Positions 7,938 through 15,264 of a stretch of 44,723 bases of DNA are shown piece after piece. Numbering within the stretch: the stretch's first letter is position 1; each line of letters starts with the position of its first letter. The notes below the pieces were generated by a model, which was not told the origin of the DNA, made no database searches, and saw only the letters and a program-made list of their open reading frames with translations. The DNA is from Actinomycetota bacterium (lineage in GTDB: Bacteria; Actinomycetota; Thermoleophilia; Gaiellales; Gaiellaceae). The stretch is taken from NCBI GenBank assembly GCA_005884155.1, contig VAXD01000042.1, positions 42,060 to 86,782 on the forward strand, in the 5' to 3' direction. A program made the translations under genes and the position numbers.

Positions 7938-10148
7938 GTGCGGTTATCCGTCCTCGCGTACGCGACTATCGTCGCCGGCCTCGGCGTCATCGTGGCCGGC
8001 GCGCTCACGGCTGCTCACCAGCCGCTGACGGCTCTCGCGCTGCTCGGAGCGGGTGCGCTTGCGGCCGAGCTGCTCGAAGAGCCCGAACGCGCCCGCGTGC
8101 GCGAGCCGATCGGCTCCGGCGTCTTCCGCGTGTCGTCTGGCGTCGACCTCGCCGCGGTGATCGTGCTGGGGCCCTGGCGAGGCGCCCTCGTCGCAGGTGC
8201 GGCCGCCCTGCTCGCCCGGATCGTGCGCGCGCCCTGGCGGCTCGCAGCCTTCCAGGCTTCCGCGTATGCGCTCGCCGCTCTCGGGGCCGGTTACGGCTTC
8301 CTGCTCGGCGGCGGCAAGGCCGGGCACCTCGTGCTGCCGGACGACCTCGTCGCGCTGACGGTGCTGGCGCTCGTCTACCTGCTCATCTCCCGCGGCCTGC
8401 TCCAGGTGGTCGGCGGGCTCGAGGTGTTGCAGGCCGACTTCGCGGCCGCCGCAGCCGAGGCCGGGCTGGGTGCGCTCCTCGCGCTCGCCGCGCTCCACCA
8501 TCCGTGGAACGCACTCGCGATCGTGCCGGTCGCGATCGCAGTCAACCGCGCCCACGCCAGAGTCCGCCGCTCGCGGCAGGAGACGCTGCACGCGCTCGAG
8601 ACCTTCGCGAACATCGTCGACGAGCGGCACCCCTCAACCTACCGCCACTCCGTCCGCGTAGCCGCCTACGTCGACGAGCTCGCCCGTGCGCTCGGCCTTC
8701 CGTTCCGCGACATCGACCGCCTCCGCTGGGCGGCGCGCCTGCACGACCTCGGCAAGGTCGCGGTCGACTCGGCCGTGCTGCGCAAGCGTGAGCGGCTGAC
8801 GGCCCACGAGTGGGGCTCGATGCGCCGAGCCCCTCGCCTCTCGGCAAGGATTTTGCGCCGCTTCGAGCTCTCGGCGGCAGAGGCGCGCGCCGTCGAGTAC
8901 CACCACGAGCGCTTCGACGGCACGGGTTACTACGGGCTTCCGGCCGAGGAGCTCCCGCTGGCGTCGCACTTCCTGATCGTCGCGGACGCGTTCGACGCGA
9001 TGCGCTCGGACCGCCCGTACCGCCCGGGGTTGAGCTTGGAGCAGGCGCTGGCCGAGATCGAGGCCAACATCGGCACGCAGTTCCATCCGGCCGTTGCGAA
9101 GGCGTTCGTCGCCGTTCAGCGTGGACGGGACCCCTACTCGACCCTCACCGCGGTGGAGCAGGACGAGCTGCGTGGCGCCGCCGCACCGCACCACGTCCCT
9201 CAGCTGCCGGGGGCAGGAGACCTGCGGGAGCGGCCGGAGCTGCTCGCGCTCGGTGGTCTCGTCGTTGCGCTCGCCGGCGTCGGTCTCGGCCAGGCGTGGC
9301 TTGCCGCGGCGGGCGGGACGCTCGCTGCTATCGGACTCATCCTGCGCGGCTGGGCCCGCTACCGCGCGGGCCGCGTGCGGCGCTCTGTCGCAGCGGTCCT
9401 GTCGGGAGACGAACGCGGCGGCGTGTTCTCACGGCTCGCCGATCTGCTCCACGCCGTCGGTCGAGCCGACTGGGTGGCGCTCGTCGACTGGGAAGAAGAC
9501 GGCCTCGGCGGATCGCTCGACCTGTCTCGCGGAGAGGCGCCTTCCGAGCGGGCTTTGATGGGCTGGCTCGTGCGCGAGGCCGAGTCGCAGGAGGAGCTCC
9601 TCAGCACGTCGGCCCACGAGCTGGGCGGCCCTGACGGCGTCTACGCAGCGCTTCCGCTACGGCGCGAGAACAGCGCGCTCGCCGGCTTCGTCGTCCTGCG
9701 GGCGCCTCGGGTGTTGCCGAGGCACGTCCGCGCAGCATTGCTCGGCTCTGTCGAATCGCTCGCGCTCGTGCTCGCGGACCAGCCTCGGGCCGAGCCGGCG
9801 CAGCCTTCCGGCGGGCTCCTTCGCCGCGGAACGGATCTCTCGCTCGTCGCGGCCCCGGGTCTCGGCGCCGCGGCGGAGGCTGCCGCATTGGCGCTTGACG
9901 AAGAAGGCTTCTCGGTCGAGGTCGTCGAGCTGAACGGGAACCGCGAGTGGAACGAGCAGGCCGTGCTCGAGAGCGTCCGCAAGACGTCCAAGGTCGTGCT
10001 CGTGCACGGCGAGGAGGATGACTCCGAGGCGGCTGCGCTCGCCGCGCTGGTCGCCGACCGCGCGTTCGAGGACCTCGACGGGCCGGTCAGGCGCGTGCGC
10101 GCCGACGCCGACGTCACGGCCGCGTTGCGGGAGCTCGCCGGGTTCTAG
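7938..10148 (+). CDS. Multi-pass membrane HD-GYP-type domain protein with C-terminal sensor-like region and transketolase-C/E1-beta-like tail
   Basis: 736 aa. About 6 TM helices (res 1-205). HD-GYP-type domain (res ~215-395) with RLHDLGK and HHERFDGTGY. Two more TM helices (res ~440-475). A GAF-like stretch follows, and the last 106 residues resemble the C-terminal domain of 2-oxoacid dehydrogenase E1 beta. Confidence 0.8.
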   Translation: MRLSVLAYATIVAGLGVIVAGALTAAHQPLTALALLGAGALAAELLEEPERARVREPIGSGVFRVSSGVDLAAVIVLGPWRGALVAGAAALLARIVRAPWRLAAFQASAYALAALGAGYGFLLGGGKAGHLVLPDDLVALTVLALVYLLISRGLLQVVGGLEVLQADFAAAAAEAGLGALLALAALHHPWNALAIVPVAIAVNRAHARVRRSRQETLHALETFANIVDERHPSTYRHSVRVAAYVDELARALGLPFRDIDRLRWAARLHDLGKVAVDSAVLRKRERLTAHEWGSMRRAPRLSARILRRFELSAAEARAVEYHHERFDGTGYYGLPAEELPLASHFLIVADAFDAMRSDRPYRPGLSLEQALAEIEANIGTQFHPAVAKAFVAVQRGRDPYSTLTAVEQDELRGAAAPHHVPQLPGAGDLRERPELLALGGLVVALAGVGLGQAWLAAAGGTLAAIGLILRGWARYRAGRVRRSVAAVLSGDERGGVFSRLADLLHAVGRADWVALVDWEEDGLGGSLDLSRGEAPSERALMGWLVREAESQEELLSTSAHELGGPDGVYAALPLRRENSALAGFVVLRAPRVLPRHVRAALLGSVESLALVLADQPRAEPAQPSGGLLRRGTDLSLVAAPGLGAAAEAAALALDEEGFSVEVVELNGNREWNEQAVLESVRKTSKVVLVHGEEDDSEAAALAALVADRAFEDLDGPVRRVRADADVTAALRELAGF

Positions 10149-10154
10149 TAGCGG

Positions 10155-11036
10155 TTACAGGCGCGCCGGCTCGAGCAGCTTCAAGCGCTCGAGGCAGTCC
10201 CGGATCCGGGCCTGCTCTTCGTCGCTCGCGTCGACGAGCGGCAGCCTGAGCCCGCCGACGTCGTGCCCAAGCATGTTGAGCGCCGCCTTGATCTGAATCG
10301 GGCCCGTCACGACCGACAGCAGCTCGTAGGCGGGAGCGAGCTCCTCGTCGATTCGCTTCGCCTCGTCGAGCTCGCCGGCGCGGAAGCGCGTGATCATCTC
10401 CTTGACGCGCGGGCCGACGACGTGCGTGTGGACGCAGACGCCGCCTTTGCCGCCGAGCTCGAGGAACGGGTGGATGATGTTGTCGTCGCCCGCGTAGAGC
10501 TCGAGGCCGAGCTCGACGATCCGGCGCGCCTGGTCGAGGTCGTCGTTCGCCTGCTTGACGGCGGTCACGTTCTCGATCTCCGCCAGCCGGGCCATCGTCT
10601 CCGGCTCGATGTTGATCACGACCCGGCTGGGGATGTTGTAGACCATTACCGGTCGGTCCGTGACGGCCGCGACGGCCTCGAAGTGCGCGACGATCCCGCG
10701 CGGCGGGGGCTTGTTGTAGTACGGCGTGACGACGAGGACACCGTGCGCGCCGGCCGCGTGCGCCTGCTCGGTCAGGTGGATCGAGTGCTCGGTCGAGTAG
10801 GTGCCTGTGCCCGCGATCACCGTGGCGCGGTCGCCGACGGCGTCCAGCGCGGTGCGCAGGAGCCCGAGCCGCTCCTCGTCGGAGAGCGTCGGCGCCTCGC
10901 CGGTCGTGCCGTTGACGACGACGCCGTCCGAGCCGTTCTCGACGAGGAAGCTGCAGAGCTCCGCGTAGCGATCGAGGTCGACACGGCCGTCCGCGTCAAA
11001 CGGCGTCACGGTCGCGGTCAGCACCTCGCCGAACAC
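10155..11036 (-). CDS. dapA: 4-hydroxy-tetrahydrodipicolinate synthase
   Basis: 293 aa with typical DapA sequence throughout (GTTGEAPTLS, VTPYYNKP, YNIPSR). Confidence 0.93.
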   Translation of the reverse strand: MFGEVLTATVTPFDADGRVDLDRYAELCSFLVENGSDGVVVNGTTGEAPTLSDEERLGLLRTALDAVGDRATVIAGTGTYSTEHSIHLTEQAHAAGAHGVLVVTPYYNKPPPRGIVAHFEAVAAVTDRPVMVYNIPSRVVINIEPETMARLAEIENVTAVKQANDDLDQARRIVELGLELYAGDDNIIHPFLELGGKGGVCVHTHVVGPRVKEMITRFRAGELDEAKRIDEELAPAYELLSVVTGPIQIKAALNMLGHDVGGLRLPLVDASDEEQARIRDCLERLKLLEPARL

Positions 11037-11201
11037 GCCCCAAGTCTACGCCGCGCCGCCGGCCAACCCTGCCGCGACCGCCCCCGAATTCCGCCTAACC
11101 GCCCCCAAGGGGTCCCCCGCGACCCCTGGTTGGGACGCTAGCTGGAAGTTCGTCACGCGTGTGTGACGCAGGTGTGGAGAAAGTGCGCCAAGAGGCGCTT
11201 C

Positions 11202-11810
11202 TCAGTCGAGCAGCGCGTCCAGGCCGAGCGTCAGCCCGGGCGGAAGCGAAGGAAGCTGCTCCAGCGCGAGCAGCACGCCGGGAACGTAGGCCTCGCGCGA
11301 GAACGCGTCGTGCCGGATCGTCAGCAGCTGGCCCTCGCCGCCGAAGAGCACCTCCTGGTGCGCGACGAGCCCCGGCAGTCGAACCGAGTGGATCGGCGGG
11401 TCGCCGGGAAGTAGCGCGGCCGTCGCCTTGGCCGTGCCGGACGGCGCGTCCTTCTTGGCCTCGCCGTGCAGCTCCACGATCTCGGCGCGCGGCAGGAAGC
11501 GGGCCGCCTCCGCCGCGAGCCGCATCATCACGACCGCGCCCAACGCGAAGTTCGGCGCCACGAAGAGCGCCAGCCCGCGCTCGGCCGCCAGCTCGCCCGC
11601 AGGCCCGGGATCCCAGCCACTCGTACCGACGACGCAGGGCACGCCCGCTTCCAGCGCCGCCCGCACGTTCGCCTCGACGGCGTCGGGCGCCGTGAAGTCG
11701 ACCATCGCCTCCGCGTCCCCGAGCTCCACCAGCTCGTGCCCCTGCCCCTCGAGTGCCGGCCCGAGCACCGATCCGACCCGGCCGCCGCGCCCGAAGAGGC
11801 AGATCCTCAC
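11202..11810 (-). CDS. dapB: 4-hydroxy-tetrahydrodipicolinate reductase (compact form)
   Basis: 202 aa. N-terminal Rossmann motif (ICLFGRGGRVG) and the motif ELHGEAKKDAPSGTA. Its GTG start overlaps the stop of the upstream M16 gene (GTGA). Confidence 0.85.
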   Translation of the reverse strand: MRICLFGRGGRVGSVLGPALEGQGHELVELGDAEAMVDFTAPDAVEANVRAALEAGVPCVVGTSGWDPGPAGELAAERGLALFVAPNFALGAVVMMRLAAEAARFLPRAEIVELHGEAKKDAPSGTAKATAALLPGDPPIHSVRLPGLVAHQEVLFGGEGQLLTIRHDAFSREAYVPGVLLALEQLPSLPPGLTLGLDALLD

Positions 11811-13096
11811 GCGGCTTTTGCGAGCCCGGGGTTGACCCGCTCGACCGCCGAGAGAAAATGCTCCTCCGACGGTCCGATTCCCGCCGCCGAGAGCTTCTCC
11901 GGCGCGAGCAGGACCGCGGCCAGCTCCGCGAGCGCGTCCGGCTCGACCGCGTCGACCTCCGCCATGATCCGCTCGATCGAGAGCAGCTCGGTGTCCGTGA
12001 TCAGCGACTTGCCGAGCCGGCTCATCCGGTTCGACGTCGACTCCATCGAGAGCATGATCCTGCCCTTGAGGTTCTCCTTCGCGCGCTCCAGCTCCTCAGC
12101 GCGCAGCTTGCCTTCGGCGATCTCGCCGATCTGCTCGCGCGCGATCTCGAGGCAGGCACCGAGGTTGTCCTCACGGGTGCCGATGTAGACGCCGACCTGG
12201 CCGGTGTCCGTGTACTGCGACGCAAAGCTGTAGACGGCGTACGCCATCCCCCGCTTCTCGCGGATCTCCTGGAAGAGCCGCGAGGAGGCCGAGCCGCCGA
12301 GGATCCCGTCCAACAGCGAGGCGGCGAAGCGGCGCTTGTCCGAGCGCGCGATCCCGGGCGCCGCGATGCAGACGTGGTACTGCTCGGTGTCCTTGCGCTG
12401 GAAGCGCAGGCTCGGCGCCGGGGCCTTCACGAGCGGCGGGCGCACCTGTGGGCCCTTGCGCGCCGGATCGGCCGCCTTCCGCTGAGCCTTCACCAGAAGC
12501 CGTTGCAGCTCCTCGTGCTTGAGGTTCCCGGCAGCAGAGACGACGACGTTCCCCGGGACGTACATCGAGCGGTGGAACGACGACAACGTGCGCCGGCTGA
12601 CCGACGAGATCACCTCAGCGCGCCCGATCACCGGTCGGCCGAGCGGATGCTTGCCGAACGTCGCCTCCGAGATGAGGTCGTGGACGAGCTCCTGCGGCTG
12701 GTCCTCGTACATCGCGATCTCCTCGAGCACAACCTCCCGCTCGGCATCGAGCTCGGCGAAGGACGGCGCGAAGACCATCTCCCCCATCACGTCGAGCGCG
12801 GTCTCGAGCCGCTCGTCGGGCACGCGGGCGTAGACGACCGTGTGCTCGCGCGAGGTCGCGGCGTTCAGCTCGCCGCCGAGCGCGTCGAAGGTCTCGGCGA
12901 TCTCCTGCGCGCTGTAGGACGCCGTTCCCTTGAAGAGCAGGTGCTCGAGAAAGTGGGAGACGCCGGCCTTCGCGTCGGTCTCGTCGCGCGAGCCGGCGCC
13001 GATCCAGAAGCCGATCGCGACGGAACGCACGTGCGAGAGCCGCTCCGAGATCACGCGCTCGCCGGAGTCGAGCTCGGTCAGGACGTAGCGCTGCAC
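11807..13096 (-). CDS. M16 family (pitrilysin/insulinase-like) zinc peptidase
   Basis: 429 aa with the inverted zinc motif HFLEH (HxxEH). The conserved actinobacterial position between pnp and dapB supports the call. Confidence 0.9.
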   Translation of the reverse strand: MQRYVLTELDSGERVISERLSHVRSVAIGFWIGAGSRDETDAKAGVSHFLEHLLFKGTASYSAQEIAETFDALGGELNAATSREHTVVYARVPDERLETALDVMGEMVFAPSFAELDAEREVVLEEIAMYEDQPQELVHDLISEATFGKHPLGRPVIGRAEVISSVSRRTLSSFHRSMYVPGNVVVSAAGNLKHEELQRLLVKAQRKAADPARKGPQVRPPLVKAPAPSLRFQRKDTEQYHVCIAAPGIARSDKRRFAASLLDGILGGSASSRLFQEIREKRGMAYAVYSFASQYTDTGQVGVYIGTREDNLGACLEIAREQIGEIAEGKLRAEELERAKENLKGRIMLSMESTSNRMSRLGKSLITDTELLSIERIMAEVDAVEPDALAELAAVLLAPEKLSAAGIGPSEEHFLSAVERVNPGLAKAA

Positions 13097-13134
13097 GGGC
13101 GGATCGTACTTGCGGCGGTCGCTAGGCTCGTTGC

Positions 13135-13476
13135 GTGGAAGAGGAAGAGTTCGAGGAAATCGTGGCCGCGGCGCTGGACAGCCTGCCGCCCGACCTGCGC
13201 GACGCGATGTCGAACGTCGAGCTCGTCGTCGAGGACGAGCCCCCCGCGGGAGAGCCGCTGCTAGGCCTCTACCAGGGTGTCCCGCTCACACTGCGCACGA
13301 GCGGCTACGCAGCCGTGCCACCGGACAAGATCACGATCTACCGAGGCCCGCTCGAGCGTCATTTCGGCCATGACCAGGAGCTGCTCCAAGGCCAGATCCG
13401 GCACGTCGTCCTGCACGAGATCGCCCACCACTTCGGGATCAGCGACGAACGGCTGGTCGAGCTCGACCGCTACTGA
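13135..13476 (+). CDS. Small zincin-like metallopeptidase family protein (DUF1025/Zincin_1-like)
   Basis: 113 aa with an HEIAHHFG (HExxH) motif near the C-terminus. Its acidic N-terminal half is typical of this small family. Confidence 0.75.
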   Translation: MEEEEFEEIVAAALDSLPPDLRDAMSNVELVVEDEPPAGEPLLGLYQGVPLTLRTSGYAAVPPDKITIYRGPLERHFGHDQELLQGQIRHVVLHEIAHHFGISDERLVELDRY

Positions 13477-14249
13477 CCCAGAGCCTTGTCGATCGCCGCG
13501 GAGAGCTGGTCGGCGTTCGGGATCAAGCCCGGCGCGACCTGCACGCGCGGGCCGCTGCCCTTGGCGACGTAGACCGTCGGCGTGCCGTTGACCTTGTCCG
13601 CGTTCGCCTCGGAGGTGTAGCGGTTGGCCAGGCTGGTGACGGCGGAGGAGTTCAACGCATTCTTGAGACGCGCGACGTCGAACCCTGGGATCCCGGAGGC
13701 CGCGTTCAGCACGGTCTGCTCCTTCAACCAGCCTCCATTCTCGGGCCCCTGGTTGTAGTAGAGGATCTGGGCAAGGGTGAAGAAGGCGTTCTGCTGACCT
13801 GCCGCGGTCGTAGCCCGTACGCCCAGCTCGGAGTCGGGCCCGATCAGGACGATAGGACGCGCCTCGACCTTCACCTTCCCGGTGCGCACGTACTTCCGGA
13901 TGATCGAAGGCATGTTCTGCGTCTCGAAAACCTGGCACGACGAGCACTGGAGGTCGATGTACTCGGTCATCGTCACGGGCGCCTTGGGCGAGCCGAGCAC
14001 GTTTCCGTGCTCGGGAATGCCCTTCAGCAGCGACACGGCGGTGCCGGAGTCGGGCAGCGGGGTCGGAGTCGTGGTCGAGCTGGACGAGCCGCCCGTGAGC
14101 GCGACGGCGGCGGCCACGGCGATCCCGGCGAGGACGATGACCGCCCCGGCGATCGCGAGCACCTTCGGCGAGGCTTTTCGGCCGCCGGTGCTGCGGACGG
14201 GAGGCGGCGGGGTGCGCCGCTGCTGCCGAGCCTTTTTGCCGCTCGTCAT
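13470..14249 (-). CDS. DsbA-like thioredoxin-fold thiol:disulfide oxidoreductase, membrane anchored
   Basis: Trimmed from ORF 13470..14588 to ATG 14249, which overlaps the dsbB-like stop (ATGA). It has a basic N-terminus, a TM anchor, a Ser/Thr/Pro linker and a CSSC active site in the context YIDLQCSSCQ. Confidence 0.85.
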   Translation of the reverse strand: MTSGKKARQQRRTPPPPVRSTGGRKASPKVLAIAGAVIVLAGIAVAAAVALTGGSSSSTTTPTPLPDSGTAVSLLKGIPEHGNVLGSPKAPVTMTEYIDLQCSSCQVFETQNMPSIIRKYVRTGKVKVEARPIVLIGPDSELGVRATTAAGQQNAFFTLAQILYYNQGPENGGWLKEQTVLNAASGIPGFDVARLKNALNSSAVTSLANRYTSEANADKVNGTPTVYVAKGSGPRVQVAPGLIPNADQLSAAIDKALGQ

Positions 14250-14680
14250 GTCGCTTCCACGGTAGCCAGTCGCGGCGGCGGAAGCGCTCCGAGGAGCAGG
14301 AACGCAAAGCAGAGCGCGAAGGCCGTCAGCGCGAGCACGGGGATCGTCACGTAGCCGAACTCCTCGATCCATTTCGTCGCGCAGCCGCCGGGCGCGGAGA
14401 TCAGGCAGGCGGTCGACTGGCCGACGACCTTGTTCTCGACGAGCAGGTGGTAGACGGACACGCAGGCGCCGACGAGCGGCAGCGGCAGCAGGTAGCGCGC
14501 GACTCGCCGATCGTTCGCAAGGGCGGCGAGCAGCGACGCGATCGTCAGCGGGTACATGCAGATCCGCTGGTACCAGCAGAGCTCGCACGGAACGAAGTGC
14601 GCGATCTCGGAGAAGAACAGGCTGAGCCCTCGACCGTCCGCCGCAGCAGGTCGGCGGGCGCGCGCAGGCCGAACAGCCAC
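14246..14680 (-). CDS. DsbB/BdbC-family disulfide bond formation protein; apparent frameshift, N-terminal TM helix encoded in another frame up to 14766
   Basis: LSLFFSEIAHFVPCELCWYQRICMYPL closely resembles the BdbC CxxC region, and there is a second Cys pair (STACLISAPGGCATKW). No TM1 lies upstream in this frame. A hydrophobic helix (VLAVLLLLIGLAWLFGL) is present in the overlapping ORF 14545..14847. Confidence 0.7.
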   Translation of the reverse strand: MAVRPARARRPAAADGRGLSLFFSEIAHFVPCELCWYQRICMYPLTIASLLAALANDRRVARYLLPLPLVGACVSVYHLLVENKVVGQSTACLISAPGGCATKWIEEFGYVTIPVLALTAFALCFAFLLLGALPPPRLATVEAT

Positions 14681-14762
14681 GCGAGCCCGATAAGCAGGAG
14701 CAGAACTGCGAGCACCTGCTCGGCGACGCCGAGCGCCGCGAGGACGACGATGACGTCGTGCG

Positions 14763-15239
14763 TCACGCCTGCGCCCGCGGCGCGAGGAAGATCCGACCCG
14801 CGCGGCCGCGCTCGAGGTAGAGGCGCCCGCCGAGCTCCCGTTCCCATAGCGCCAGCTGCCCGGCCGAGTAGAGCGCGGCCAGCCCCAGGCCCGCGAGGAT
14901 CCCCGCGAGCACCGCTGCCAGCTCCGGTCTCACCGCGAGCGCGACCAGTGTCACGGCGGACAGGCCGATCGTGCTCGGGTACATCGCGAGCGCGAGCGCA
15001 CGCCTGTTGGGCATCACGGCCGCTCCGCCCGGGAGCGGCCGCGTCTCCGCGACGCGAGGCCGTCCGGCGCGGCGAGTGACGCTGGCGGGAAGGGCGATCA
15101 GCAGCAGACCGCCGCCCAGCGCGAACAGCAGCCCGGCCTGGCCGGCATCGACTCCGCGCGCGCGGCTGAGCCCTAGGGCCGCAACGGCCAGGACAAGCCG
15201 CAGGCCGCCGATCAGGAGGGCTTGCACCCGCGCATTCAC
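14763..15239 (-). CDS. Hypothetical integral membrane protein
   Basis: ORF 14763..15302 with 4-5 predicted TM helices. Start trimmed to GTG 15239 to avoid overlap with the pnp 3' end. Its stop overlaps a GTG at 14766 (GTGA). Confidence 0.55.
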   Translation of the reverse strand: MNARVQALLIGGLRLVLAVAALGLSRARGVDAGQAGLLFALGGGLLLIALPASVTRRAGRPRVAETRPLPGGAAVMPNRRALALAMYPSTIGLSAVTLVALAVRPELAAVLAGILAGLGLAALYSAGQLALWERELGGRLYLERGRAGRIFLAPRAQA

Positions 15240-15264
15240 GAGCGCGGGTGCGTCACCTCGAGCC

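Noticed and set aside
11037-11201. 165-nt dapB-dapA intergenic region as a possible riboswitch or sRNA
   Set aside because: It contains only short hairpins (cgtcac-gcgtgt-gtgacg; gcgcc-aaga-ggcgc) and no resemblance to the lysine riboswitch as I recall it. It is most simply a terminator and promoter spacer.
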